Numbered from the whole stretch's first letter, positions 49,554 to 58,693 are shown. The stretch: DNA of 62,977 nt, filler included, from 6 parts of 6 records of this genome joined end to end with filler, not necessarily neighbours in it; one strand, 5' to 3'. Notes: generated by a model from the letters alone, not told the origin. Numbers and translations are program-made.

Positions 49554-50090
49554 TTAGTCATCATTATCTTCGTAATCGAATTCACCTGATCTATAGATAT
49601 ACATTAGTTCTTGATATAGAACTATTAACTCTTTTCGTGTATTACCATCTAAAACAATGGTTCTGCTAACTCTTATTAGTCTTCCATCCTGATAATATCG
49701 CCAGTATATGCTGTCACCTCTTCTTATTCGTATTCGACCTATTCCGAATCTATTTCCTCTTCTTCTAAATCTGTACAATGTTCTAATAAGTCTTCTATTA
49801 ACAAAAATCTCAAAATAGTCTATATCAACATCATCGTCACTTTCATCATCTGTATCTGTTCCGCCACCAGTATCACTTCCTGAATCATCTCCGGTATCTA
49901 CATCATCTTCAGGAATAACTGTTACATCGATTACATCCTTTTCTTCTACAACTTCTTCAATTTGTGCTACTGAAGGTAATTTTGTTTTGCTTTTACCATC
50001 ATCTATGCCAAGTACACTATTAATATATTCACATGATGTAAAAAGAAGAAGAGATAAAATTACTAACAATGACAGTTTAATTATTCTCAT
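49554..50090 (-). CDS. Hypothetical lipoprotein with an acidic linker and an Arg-rich domain
   Basis: RBS GGAGG; lipobox LFTSC. Confidence 0.75.
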   Translation of the reverse strand: MRIIKLSLLVILSLLLFTSCEYINSVLGIDDGKSKTKLPSVAQIEEVVEEKDVIDVTVIPEDDVDTGDDSGSDTGGGTDTDDESDDDVDIDYFEIFVNRRLIRTLYRFRRRGNRFGIGRIRIRRGDSIYWRYYQDGRLIRVSRTIVLDGNTRKELIVLYQELMYIYRSGEFDYEDNDD

Positions 50091-50378
50091 TGTACTCACC
50101 TCCACTTGATAAGATGAGATTCTTTCCCCTTTTATATATTATAGTTCAATTTTAATACTAAACGCTTGCATTTCTAGCTAAATTTTATAAGTTTTTTTAT
50201 ATTATTATAATAAAACGGAGCTTGATCATCTCTACTTAAAAAATAACCTGTAATCACTGAATAAGTCTTAGAATCTAAAGCTGATTTTATACTCCAATTA
50301 TTATTAAATTAATTTTTCTTATTTTAAATATTACATAAAAAGGGCTTCGCCGACAGAGTGTAAACGAGATTCATGTTT

Positions 50379-50478
50379 NNNNNNNNNNNNNNNNNNNNNN
50401 NNNNNNNNNNNNNNNNNNNNNNTTAATTAATTAANNNNNNNNNNNNNNNNNNNNNNNNNNNNNNNNNNNNNNNNNNNN
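50379..50478. other. Artificial contig spacer
   Basis: N44-TTAATTAATTAA-N44. Confidence 0.98.
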
Positions 50479-50510
50479 TACTTTTTCATCAAGGAAAAAG
50501 TAAGGTATTC

Positions 50511-51863
50511 TTACTCATGCCCTTCAACTTCAACGTGATTCTTTTTAGTATCAATCATAAAGAATACTACTCCTAATAAAGACCAAAGAATTAACGCTAT
50601 AATCGATGGAGTTGACAAGAATCCAGGTGATCCGGGGATTATTAATAATAATAAGAATACTGTACTGAATATTGTTGCTAATAATCCTATTAATTTCTCA
50701 AATCCTTCACTAATTCTATAAGCTGTAAGCGCTGTATAGAAGAATACTAATGCTCCTCCTAATGCTGACATATCTACTATCCATCCAAGTACTTTTCTAC
50801 CAAAGAACGGAGCAGCTATGATTAAAATTAATATAAAGAATATTGATTTATATGGAGTATCGTATTTGGGATGCTCTTCACAGAATCTTTTAGATAAAAG
50901 TCCATCTTGTGCCATACTCTCCATAACTCTAGTAGCTCCCATATAGAAACTATTGATTCCAGAGAAGATTGCGAAACCTAATCCTGCAGTTATGAATAAC
51001 AGTCCTGTACTACCATATAATTTTCTAATTGCATCTCCTGTTGCCCAACCGCCAGTATAACTAGCGATATCAGCTTTTGAGAAAATTGTACCTGTTAATA
51101 ATAGAAGCATCATATAGATAAAGAACCCGCATACTAATGATGCTACTGTGATAATAATTACTTGTTTATATGGTAATTTAGCATCACTTGCAACTTTTGG
51201 TATTGATGATACACCATAGTAAGCCCAAGGTGTAATAACTAATATTGATATAATTCCACTGATATTAATACTTCCAGATCCCATGTGAGTCATTAAAGGT
51301 GAGTTAGCAATATCAACTTTTGTAAAAGTTAAGAAAAATATTGATAATACAATAATAATAAGTGCAATTGTAACAACATTTTGAACTGTAACAACAGCAT
51401 TAACACCTTTTAGCATAAAGTAACTGAATATACTAATGACAGCTGTACTTATAAGAGCTTCTCCTAATGTAACAGGCGCTCCTGCAACAGTGTACATAGT
51501 TATAAAATCAGTATTTGGGAACAACACATTTTTAAATATCAGCGCAAATGATGTAGTATTAAGTGCTGCGATTCCGATAAATACAATTAATAGAAACCAA
51601 CCTACAACAAAGCTATGTTTCTTATTAAATGCTAGTTTACTATATGAATACTCTCCACCAGTTGAGTTAGGTGATTTGTTAAGGATAATTCCGTAACATG
51701 AAGCTATAAGAGATACTAGAATAAGTCCAACGAACATCCCTATCATAGTATTCATTAAACCAGTTGGTAGGAACTTAATCCCAGGCTGAATAAATGCTCC
51801 CCAACCTATCATTCCACCAATTGACATTGTCATTAAACCAAGTTTTGAAACTTTCTTTTCCAT
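50511..51863 (-). CDS. APC-family permease
   Basis: GGMIGWGAF TM1, GGEYSY, PWAYYG, RVMESMAQDG...HPKYDTP; about 12 TM segments. Confidence 0.92.
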   Translation of the reverse strand: MEKKVSKLGLMTMSIGGMIGWGAFIQPGIKFLPTGLMNTMIGMFVGLILVSLIASCYGIILNKSPNSTGGEYSYSKLAFNKKHSFVVGWFLLIVFIGIAALNTTSFALIFKNVLFPNTDFITMYTVAGAPVTLGEALISTAVISIFSYFMLKGVNAVVTVQNVVTIALIIIVLSIFFLTFTKVDIANSPLMTHMGSGSINISGIISILVITPWAYYGVSSIPKVASDAKLPYKQVIIITVASLVCGFFIYMMLLLLTGTIFSKADIASYTGGWATGDAIRKLYGSTGLLFITAGLGFAIFSGINSFYMGATRVMESMAQDGLLSKRFCEEHPKYDTPYKSIFFILILIIAAPFFGRKVLGWIVDMSALGGALVFFYTALTAYRISEGFEKLIGLLATIFSTVFLLLLIIPGSPGFLSTPSIIALILWSLLGVVFFMIDTKKNHVEVEGHE

Positions 51864-51887
51864 TTTTCCTCCAAAGAATAATTCATT

Positions 51888-52082
51888 GCGAAAACAAGAA
51901 GCATGTTTACGCTCAGTTAGTAATTACTAACTTCTATTATTTAAAATTTTAATAAACTAACACCTAAAACCGCGCTTACGCAGCGCACTGCGGCAACCTT
52001 ACGTTGCATCGATCAATTCCCAAATTTTGGTTTTTAATTCGGTTAAGCGTAAGGCTTACGCAGTTTGCCGCGTAGGCAAAGT
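51888..52082. repeat. GC-rich REP-like cluster of short hairpins in an AT-rich intergenic region
   Basis: GCTTACGCAG twice; hairpins CGCAG/CTGCG, GCAAC/GTTGC, GCGTAAG/CTTACGC, TTTGCC/GGCAAA. Confidence 0.55.
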
Positions 52083-52091
52083 TTTATTAAG

Positions 52092-54089
52092 TTACATTTT
52101 TCCTATTTTTTCGAATAACTCTCTGTATTCAGAATCTTTTCTGTAGAATACAGGTGGATTTCCTAATGGAGCTTCTACTGTGTAGTCTCCACCAGTGTAC
52201 TCTTTACCAGTCCATAGATGTACCCATGTATCATTTGGTAAGTGAACTTCTCCTTCTGTTGCAGCTTCTGTGTAAATAGGAGCTACTACTAGGTCACTTC
52301 CATACATATATTGATATTTGATATCATATGCTTTTTGATCATCTTCATAGTGCATGAAAATAGGTCTTTGACAAGGAATTCCTTTATCTGCATTTTCTTT
52401 TACTAATGCTTTAGTATATGGTGCTAACTCAGTATAAACTTGAGTCATTCTAGCTAAGTGCTCTAGAGTTTCATCATCTGTATCAAACTGATGATTTGTA
52501 TCAGGTCTGTTACCTTCATGTGATCTCATGAATGGTGTGAACGCATTCATCTCAGCCCATCTTTGGAATAGTTCTCTGGTTCTAGCTAGTTCGAATAGAG
52601 TTGTATATCCCCCAGTATCACTATGGTGAAGTCCATTTCCCGTCATTCCTGCTGATAATGCTGCCGGGATAACTGATGCTAATCCATCATCTAATGTCCA
52701 ATCAACACATTGGTCTCCTCCCCATAGAAGAGTACAGTATTTTTGGTTTCCAGTGAATCCTGCTCTCATGAAGTAAACCACTTCTCCAAGTTTCCCAGCT
52801 TCTTTTACTGCTTCATAATTAATTTTTGCCCACATAGCCGGCCATGCATTATGCATAATTTCAGCACTTATACCATTTGCTAATACACAATCAGTTGGTA
52901 AGTATTCTCCAAAATCTGCCATCCAGCCGTCAAGTCCGAAATCTATCATATTTACTTTAATTATATTTTTATACCATTCGCATGCTGCTGGTAAAGTGAA
53001 ATCAACTACACCACAGTAGAATTCTCCGAAATCTACAAGGTAAGTTTCTCCCTCTTTATTAAGAGCTAAATATCCTTTTTCTTCTGCTTCTGCGAATTGA
53101 TCTCCACTGTTTACAACATATGGATTGATGTATCCCATAAATCTAAGCCCTTTTTCTTTTAGTTCATGAATTTTAGTATCTAATTCAGGATAAACATCAG
53201 GGTTCCATTTCCAATTCCAGTCTAATCTTTTACCAAACGAAGTATATCTGATACCTTGCCAATCCTGACACCATGCACCTGATACCTTCACTCCTTTTTC
53301 AAGAGCTTTTTCCATTTTTTCAATAGTTAACTCAGTTCCACCTTGAATACCAAGCATAATACCGTTATATACCCACTCAGGCAGTTCTGGCTGTCTACCA
53401 AAGAACGCCGTTAAGTTTTCAACTAATTCTAAGTATGTTTCTCCTGTTTCAAACATAATAGTTGCTGGAACTTCCCAGATCTCTAGCTCATGGAACTCTT
53501 CGTTTTTGAAGTTAAAATCTGAGTATGCAGTTGTATCAACATGACAATAGTATTTATTAGTCGAAACAAATGTTGGTTCAGGATAATTAGTGTTGAAGTA
53601 GTCTCCACCAGCATTCATTCCCCATTGATCAGCTTGCCAAGTAATATGAGTACTTTTATTTCTTCCTACTCCTGGTTCAGAACTCCAAAGTGGGAAATTA
53701 TTCCCTCTAAGATTAAAATAACTTAATTGCTCTCCACAACCATAAATTTTTTCTTCTTTATCTGCGTTTAATCTAATAAATGTTCTGTTAATAGTTTCAT
53801 CTAATGCTTTAAATTCTATGTAAGATCTACCCTCTGTTTCTTTAATAGTAAGTTCTAATTTTCTAGTATTTCCTGCGTCAGAAAGGTAGATTTTGTTTTC
53901 TTCAATTTCAAAATTTCTTAATGCTTCTCTTTCAATTAGATAATCTTCAATTTTAAAGTTACCTCTACACATTTGAATATCAGGATCACCTAATCCTACA
54001 AATATAAAAGGTTTTTCTGAAGTATGAGTTACTACCTCTCTACCATTTACACTTAATGTAAATCCATTCTCTAATCTTATAATTTGCAT
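52092..54089 (-). CDS. yihQ: Sulfoquinovosidase (GH31, YihQ-like)
   Basis: LGIQGG, WCQDWQGIRYTSFGKRLDWNW and GGYT supply the Q-Q-R-W-Y sulfonate-binding signature; nucleophile WMADFGE; acid/base WGGDQ. Confidence 0.9.
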   Translation of the reverse strand: MQIIRLENGFTLSVNGREVVTHTSEKPFIFVGLGDPDIQMCRGNFKIEDYLIEREALRNFEIEENKIYLSDAGNTRKLELTIKETEGRSYIEFKALDETINRTFIRLNADKEEKIYGCGEQLSYFNLRGNNFPLWSSEPGVGRNKSTHITWQADQWGMNAGGDYFNTNYPEPTFVSTNKYYCHVDTTAYSDFNFKNEEFHELEIWEVPATIMFETGETYLELVENLTAFFGRQPELPEWVYNGIMLGIQGGTELTIEKMEKALEKGVKVSGAWCQDWQGIRYTSFGKRLDWNWKWNPDVYPELDTKIHELKEKGLRFMGYINPYVVNSGDQFAEAEEKGYLALNKEGETYLVDFGEFYCGVVDFTLPAACEWYKNIIKVNMIDFGLDGWMADFGEYLPTDCVLANGISAEIMHNAWPAMWAKINYEAVKEAGKLGEVVYFMRAGFTGNQKYCTLLWGGDQCVDWTLDDGLASVIPAALSAGMTGNGLHHSDTGGYTTLFELARTRELFQRWAEMNAFTPFMRSHEGNRPDTNHQFDTDDETLEHLARMTQVYTELAPYTKALVKENADKGIPCQRPIFMHYEDDQKAYDIKYQYMYGSDLVVAPIYTEAATEGEVHLPNDTWVHLWTGKEYTGGDYTVEAPLGNPPVFYRKDSEYRELFEKIGKM

Positions 54090-54258
54090 TTTTCCTCCTA
54101 AATTGTTTTTTTAAGTTGGAGTGCTTTATAGATTTTTTAATCCAACTTTGGTTAAAAAAATAATCCTATATATTTTTTATTTCTAATATTTTCTATAAAA
54201 CGGGCTATTTTAATAATAATTTTAATAATTAATGAATAATGTTAAGCATAATTAATGT

Positions 54259-54288
54259 AAATCCCCCTTGATTTCATAAGGGGGATTT
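54259..54288 (-). terminator. Hairpin downstream of the transaldolase gene
   Basis: AAATCCCCCTT / AAGGGGGATTT. Confidence 0.6.
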
Positions 54289-54361
54289 TGTATTTACTAA
54301 GAAATTTTCAGGCTCTTAGTTTGCCAGTTGAGGTGGTATGTTTATATTACAAGTTTTATTA

Positions 54362-55042
54362 TTATTCAGTTGCTGTATTATCCCAAGCGTCAGTGAATAC
54401 TCCTAATCCAAAATCAGTAAATGGATTTTTGAATGAATCTTGGTAAACTGCTAATCCACAAGTTACTATATCTGCTCCAGCTTTTGCTGCTGCTGCAATT
54501 TGCTTAGGGTTTCTAAGAGCTGCAACGATAATTTCAGTTTTGAAGTCATAGTTTTTATATATTTCCATGATTTCCTTGATGTACTCAGCTCCGTCTTCAC
54601 CATATTGTTCTTTCCATCCAACGAATGGTGAACAGAATAATGCTCCGTCTTTTGCCGGCTTAATTGCTTGAGCTGCTGTGAACACTAAAGTAACGTTTGT
54701 TCTAATTCCTTCTAATTCAAGTTTTCTAGCTGCAATTAATCCTTGCTCAGTACTAGGAATCTTGATTACAAAGTTTGATGAAAGAGCTGCGATTTTTTTA
54801 CCTTCAGCAATCATATCATCAGCTTTATCTAAATGTGGATTAATCTCAACTGAGATAGGGAATTTTTCATATCCTTCAATTCCTTCTTCTTTTACCCATT
54901 CTGCCATCTCTTTGATAACAGTCATAAATGGTTTCCCACTCATTCTGATATGCTTAGGATTAGTTGTAACACCGTCAAAACCTAACTCTCTGTAAGCATA
55001 TTTGATTTCATCCATCTTTGCACTATCTAAAAAATATTTCAT
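54362..55042 (-). CDS. sqvA: Transaldolase family; probable 6-deoxy-6-sulfofructose transaldolase (SqvA/SftT)
   Basis: MKYFLDSA, DGVTTNPKHIRMSGKPF, FPISVEINPHL, SPFVGWKE, AALRN, AWDNT closely match my recollection of Bacillus SqvA; adjacent to a sulfoquinovosidase. Confidence 0.82.
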   Translation of the reverse strand: MKYFLDSAKMDEIKYAYRELGFDGVTTNPKHIRMSGKPFMTVIKEMAEWVKEEGIEGYEKFPISVEINPHLDKADDMIAEGKKIAALSSNFVIKIPSTEQGLIAARKLELEGIRTNVTLVFTAAQAIKPAKDGALFCSPFVGWKEQYGEDGAEYIKEIMEIYKNYDFKTEIIVAALRNPKQIAAAAKAGADIVTCGLAVYQDSFKNPFTDFGLGVFTDAWDNTATE

Positions 55043-55103
55043 TAAAAAAATCCTCCCTTTGTTTTAATTGATTAAATAAATTAAATAATTATTTTCTAAT
55101 AAT

Positions 55104-55132
55104 AATATACTACAAGATCATAGAAAAGTCAA
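55104..55132 (-). promoter_or_regulatory. Sigma70 promoter of the transaldolase-SQase unit
   Basis: TTGACT-17-TATATT, followed by an AT-rich T-tract/A-tract region that could be a ROK operator. Confidence 0.6.
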
Positions 55133-55201
55133 TATGTTTTAAGAAAAAATTGATATATTATTTTTCACTTTGTTCTATTTCAAAACATATCCACTGTTCT
55201 G

Positions 55202-56389
55202 TTATTGCGATCCTCCGTTTGAATAAAAAATCTCTTTAATTGCTAAAAAAACTCCACCTAAATTTTTAGGAAAATGCTTGTTTTTACTTATTTCTAATTT
55301 ATCTCTATCAAAGTTACTGTCGTAATATTTTAATCTTTCAACAAAAATATCTCGAACTAACTTATTATTAAATATATCTCCGTAAAAAACTATCTTTTCA
55401 AAATCCATTACTGTTAATAAATTTAAAATTGCTTTTGAAATCAAAGATGCTACTTCTTTAATTTCATCAATAACAAAATTTTCATTATTTTCTGCTGCTG
55501 TCAAAATATTTTTCATTGTTATTTCATTATTACTTTTCAATATTTGTACAAGCGATGAATCAGGATGATCTTTAATACTTTCTGTAATTTTGGCTATTAT
55601 CTTTTCAAAATTTACATAATTCTCCAAACAACCGGCTTTATTACAAATATTGCATTTTAATCCTTCTTTATTTACGATAATATGACCAATTTCCCCTGCA
55701 TAGTAGTTGTTTCCATATAAAATCTCTTTTTCGAAAACTATACTACTTCCAATCCCCGGTCCATACTTAACAAATAAAAAATATCTCAGCTCTTTATTAA
55801 AAAAAGTTTCACTTAAAGCCAAAGCTCTAACGTTGTTATCAATTACCACTTTTAAATTAAATCTATTTCTAAAATACTCTAGGATATCAAACTCTTCTCC
55901 GCTAATCGAAACTATTCCTTCATTCGGGTTTACATATCCGTATATCCCTATTCCTATCCCTACGATATTTTCTATATTTATCTTTTTTTCTTTAATAATT
56001 TCATATATTTTCTCTGAATAATTTTCTAGGTGATCTTTTCGTTTTAATTTAGGAAATTCAACTAATTTTACGATATCTCCTTTTAAATTCGTAAGTGCAA
56101 TAATCGTTTCATTTTTTTCTATATTAACCCCTATTACATAACGACTGTTATAATCAATATCTATTAAGATTTTTTTTCTTCCAACTCTTTTTTCAGCTAT
56201 TTCACCAACTTCATATAAAATATCTTCTTTTAACATTTCAGTCGTAATCAAAGTTAATGCTGCTGGTGTTAAGTTTAATTTTGTTGATAAATCTTTTCTG
56301 GACATCGGTCCCATCTGTTCTATCGTCTCAAGAATAATTCTCCTATTTCTCTTCTTCAAGTTCTCCATATTTAAACCTTTTCTAGTCAC
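55202..56389 (-). CDS. ROK-family transcriptional repressor
   Basis: N-terminal HTH (SRKDLS..LNLTPAALT), GRK, DNNVRALALSE, GEIGH...CNICNKAGCLE. Confidence 0.92.
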   Translation of the reverse strand: MTRKGLNMENLKKRNRRIILETIEQMGPMSRKDLSTKLNLTPAALTLITTEMLKEDILYEVGEIAEKRVGRKKILIDIDYNSRYVIGVNIEKNETIIALTNLKGDIVKLVEFPKLKRKDHLENYSEKIYEIIKEKKINIENIVGIGIGIYGYVNPNEGIVSISGEEFDILEYFRNRFNLKVVIDNNVRALALSETFFNKELRYFLFVKYGPGIGSSIVFEKEILYGNNYYAGEIGHIIVNKEGLKCNICNKAGCLENYVNFEKIIAKITESIKDHPDSSLVQILKSNNEITMKNILTAAENNENFVIDEIKEVASLISKAILNLLTVMDFEKIVFYGDIFNNKLVRDIFVERLKYYDSNFDRDKLEISKNKHFPKNLGGVFLAIKEIFYSNGGSQ

Positions 56390-56586
56390 AAATTATTCCC
56401 CCTTTAAATAACCGACACATTTAACACCTTTTTTCAATAAATAAAACTAAGCAAATTTCATTTATAAAAAAAAGATATTCATACTTTACTAATATAGAAG
56501 CTTTAGATAATACATAAATAGGCTTCGGCTTACTCATTACCGAAAAAACCGAAACCCTGTATAAGAAACTAATTAAAATTTATATA

Positions 56587-56686
56587 NNNNNNNNNNNNNN
56601 NNNNNNNNNNNNNNNNNNNNNNNNNNNNNNTTAATTAATTAANNNNNNNNNNNNNNNNNNNNNNNNNNNNNNNNNNNNNNNNNNNN
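56587..56686. other. Artificial contig spacer
   Basis: N44-TTAATTAATTAA-N44. Confidence 0.98.
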
Positions 56687-56752
56687 GAATATGGAAGAGT
56701 TCCAAATCGTTCCTGTTAAATTGCTACCAAAAGATTAATTATTGAATCAAGT

Positions 56753-56774
56753 AAGCCCTTTTTTAGGGCTTTTA
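56753..56774 (+). terminator. Terminator after a truncated upstream host gene (probable attL region)
   Basis: AAGCCCT-TTTTT-AGGGCTT-TT downstream of an open frame ending ...EEFQIVPVKLLPKD-stop at 56738. Confidence 0.55.
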
Positions 56775-56837
56775 TAATTATTAAACTCTCATAGTTTATC
56801 ATATTAAATCAAACTAAATTAGATAAAATCAAGTTTT

Positions 56838-56891
56838 TTTCAGGTAATATTTCAGGTATAAATATAATCTATTAAAAGTGAGTACCTGAAA
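56838..56891. promoter_or_regulatory. Putative integrase arm-type binding sites
   Basis: TTTCAGGTA at 56838 and 56850 (12-bp period) and inverted TACCTGAAA at 56883, just before the integrase ATG. Confidence 0.6.
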
Positions 56892-56892
56892 A

Positions 56893-58110
56893 ATGCCAAA
56901 AATATCAAAACCACTTACAACAACAGAAATAAAAAACTTTAAACCAAAAGATAAACAATACAAAAAACCAGATGGTAGAGGTTTATGGTTAGTTGTTAGA
57001 CCAACAGGTGGTAAATATTGGAGATATGATTTTAAATATGGTGGTAAAAACTTAAGTATGTCTTTTGGAGTTTATCCAGGAGTAGGTTTAAAAGAAGCTA
57101 GGGAAAAAAGAGAAGCTGCTAGAGAACTATTATCAAAAAATATAAATCCTATATCTGAAAAAAGAATTAAAAAAGCTTCAGAATCACTAACTTTACAAAA
57201 TGTAATTGATGAATGGATTGATCTTAGAAAAAAAAGTTCAAGTACTGCAACTATAACACAAAACAAAAGAATATTGAAAAATATTACTGATTGGTTAGGT
57301 AATATTGCAATTAAAGATATAAAAAGAGTTGATTTAATTAGTGCTTTAGAAAAACTTCAAAGTAGGGGAGTTATAGAAACTGCTCATAGATTATTATCTT
57401 TGATTAATAAAATATATATGTTTGCTGTTACAAAAGAATATATTGAGCATAATATAATTGCTGATATTGATAAAAAATCAGTTTTAATTCCTAATCAAAA
57501 AGATACTCATTTAGCAGCAATTACAGAACCTAAAGATATAAAACAACTTTTAATAGATATTAACTCAATAGGTGAGAAGTTAAAAAGTGATATCAGTACT
57601 ATATTTATATTTAAACTTATACCTTATGTATTTGTAAGAAGTGAAAATATAAGGCTTATGTGTTGGGATGACATTAATCTTGAAAAATGTGTTTGGGAAA
57701 TACCAAAAGAGAAAATGAAAATGAAAGTAGATTTTGTTTGTCCTCTACCAAAACAGGCTATTGCTATTTTAAAACAAATAGAACCTTTCTCAAGACATAG
57801 AAGTAGATTTGTATTTCCTTCTCCATATAAGAATGATAGAGGAGTTTCAGGTGCTACCCTGTCTGAAACATTAAATAAGCTAGGTTATCAAAATAAACAC
57901 ACTTTCCATGGCTTTAGAAGTATGTTCTCTACAATTGCTCATGAATTATATAAAGAACATGGCTTTCATTCAGATATCATTGAATCATGTTTAGCTCATA
58001 AAGAGAAGAATAAAGTAAAAGCAGCTTATAACAGAGAATCAAAGTATAAGTATTTTGATGAGAAAAGAGAACTGATACAGTGGTATGCTGATTGGTTAGA
58101 TAGATTATGA
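56893..58110 (+). CDS. Tyrosine integrase, P4/IntA-like, with an N-terminal arm-binding domain
   Basis: DGRGLWLVVRPTGGKYWR...GVYPGVGLKEAR; catalytic R (FVRS), HGFR, LAH, Y (AAYN). Confidence 0.95.
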   Translation: MPKISKPLTTTEIKNFKPKDKQYKKPDGRGLWLVVRPTGGKYWRYDFKYGGKNLSMSFGVYPGVGLKEAREKREAARELLSKNINPISEKRIKKASESLTLQNVIDEWIDLRKKSSSTATITQNKRILKNITDWLGNIAIKDIKRVDLISALEKLQSRGVIETAHRLLSLINKIYMFAVTKEYIEHNIIADIDKKSVLIPNQKDTHLAAITEPKDIKQLLIDINSIGEKLKSDISTIFIFKLIPYVFVRSENIRLMCWDDINLEKCVWEIPKEKMKMKVDFVCPLPKQAIAILKQIEPFSRHRSRFVFPSPYKNDRGVSGATLSETLNKLGYQNKHTFHGFRSMFSTIAHELYKEHGFHSDIIESCLAHKEKNKVKAAYNRESKYKYFDEKRELIQWYADWLDRL

Positions 58111-58143
58111 TAAAATTAGTTCAAAAAAAAAGAGTATATAGTT

Positions 58144-58530
58144 TTGACACTTGAAGAGTTTATTTCAATAGCTTTAAATAGTAATACAAGAGATATAATA
58201 TATGAATTAGAAATTACAGAAGATGCTTGTAGAGCTATAAAAAAGCATACAAATTTAAATATATGTAATTATAAATTTATCATAGAAGAAGAGTACATTA
58301 GACATATTAGAAATGGTCATGAAGAAGATTTGGAACTTCTTCCTTTAATTCCTTCTATATTAAATCATTTTAGTTCTGTTGAAAAAAGTTTAACTAGAAA
58401 CAAACAGACAGGACAAAATGATGTTAGCTTAGTATTTAGAAAAAAATTTGATAATGATGTTATTAGAATGGTATCTCTAAGAATTATGAAAAAAAAGATT
58501 TTATCTTTAAGGACTTTTTTTAGGCAATAA
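58144..58530 (+). CDS. Stand-alone PBECR3-like (barnase/EndoU/colicin/RelE-fold) RNase
   Basis: IKKHTNLNICNYKFII...YIRHIRNGH...IPSILNHF...LVFRKKF...KKILSLRTFF fits the PBECR3 pattern; TTG start. Confidence 0.7.
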   Translation: MTLEEFISIALNSNTRDIIYELEITEDACRAIKKHTNLNICNYKFIIEEEYIRHIRNGHEEDLELLPLIPSILNHFSSVEKSLTRNKQTGQNDVSLVFRKKFDNDVIRMVSLRIMKKKILSLRTFFRQ

Positions 58531-58556
58531 AAAAGTAGCAGACCAAAAACTGCTAC
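58529..58556 (-). terminator. Intrinsic terminator of the minus-strand transcript
   Basis: GTAGCAG-TTTTTGGT-CTGCTAC-TTTTTT; the U-tract overlaps the RNase stop codon. Confidence 0.75.
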
Positions 58557-58687
58557 ATTCTACGGTTGTCGAGAGTTTTCATCCCATAAACGATACAAGT
58601 CGTTCACTCCGATGGTTTTTTGAGGAGGTAATCTCTCAAAGAGATTGATTAAATCAACTACTTTCAAAGATTATCTTTTTTTCTACA
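58529..58687 (-). ncRNA. Candidate structured ncRNA convergent with the RNase gene
   Basis: Own promoter, nested stems, intrinsic terminator and no credible ORF. Confidence 0.55.
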
Positions 58688-58693
58688 TAAGTA

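Noticed and set aside
51864-52091. Riboswitch or T-box leader for the APC permease
   Set aside because: No T-box, lysine, glycine or SAM consensus is visible; the hairpins look like REP-type repeats.
18352-56686. Regularly recurring TTAATTAATTAA as a biological repeat or CRISPR
   Set aside because: It is always centred in N-runs of identical length, so it is an artificial six-frame-stop linker.
55202-58110. Sulfoquinovose locus carried on the integrative element
   Set aside because: A contig spacer separates them, and the two contigs appear to be from different organisms.
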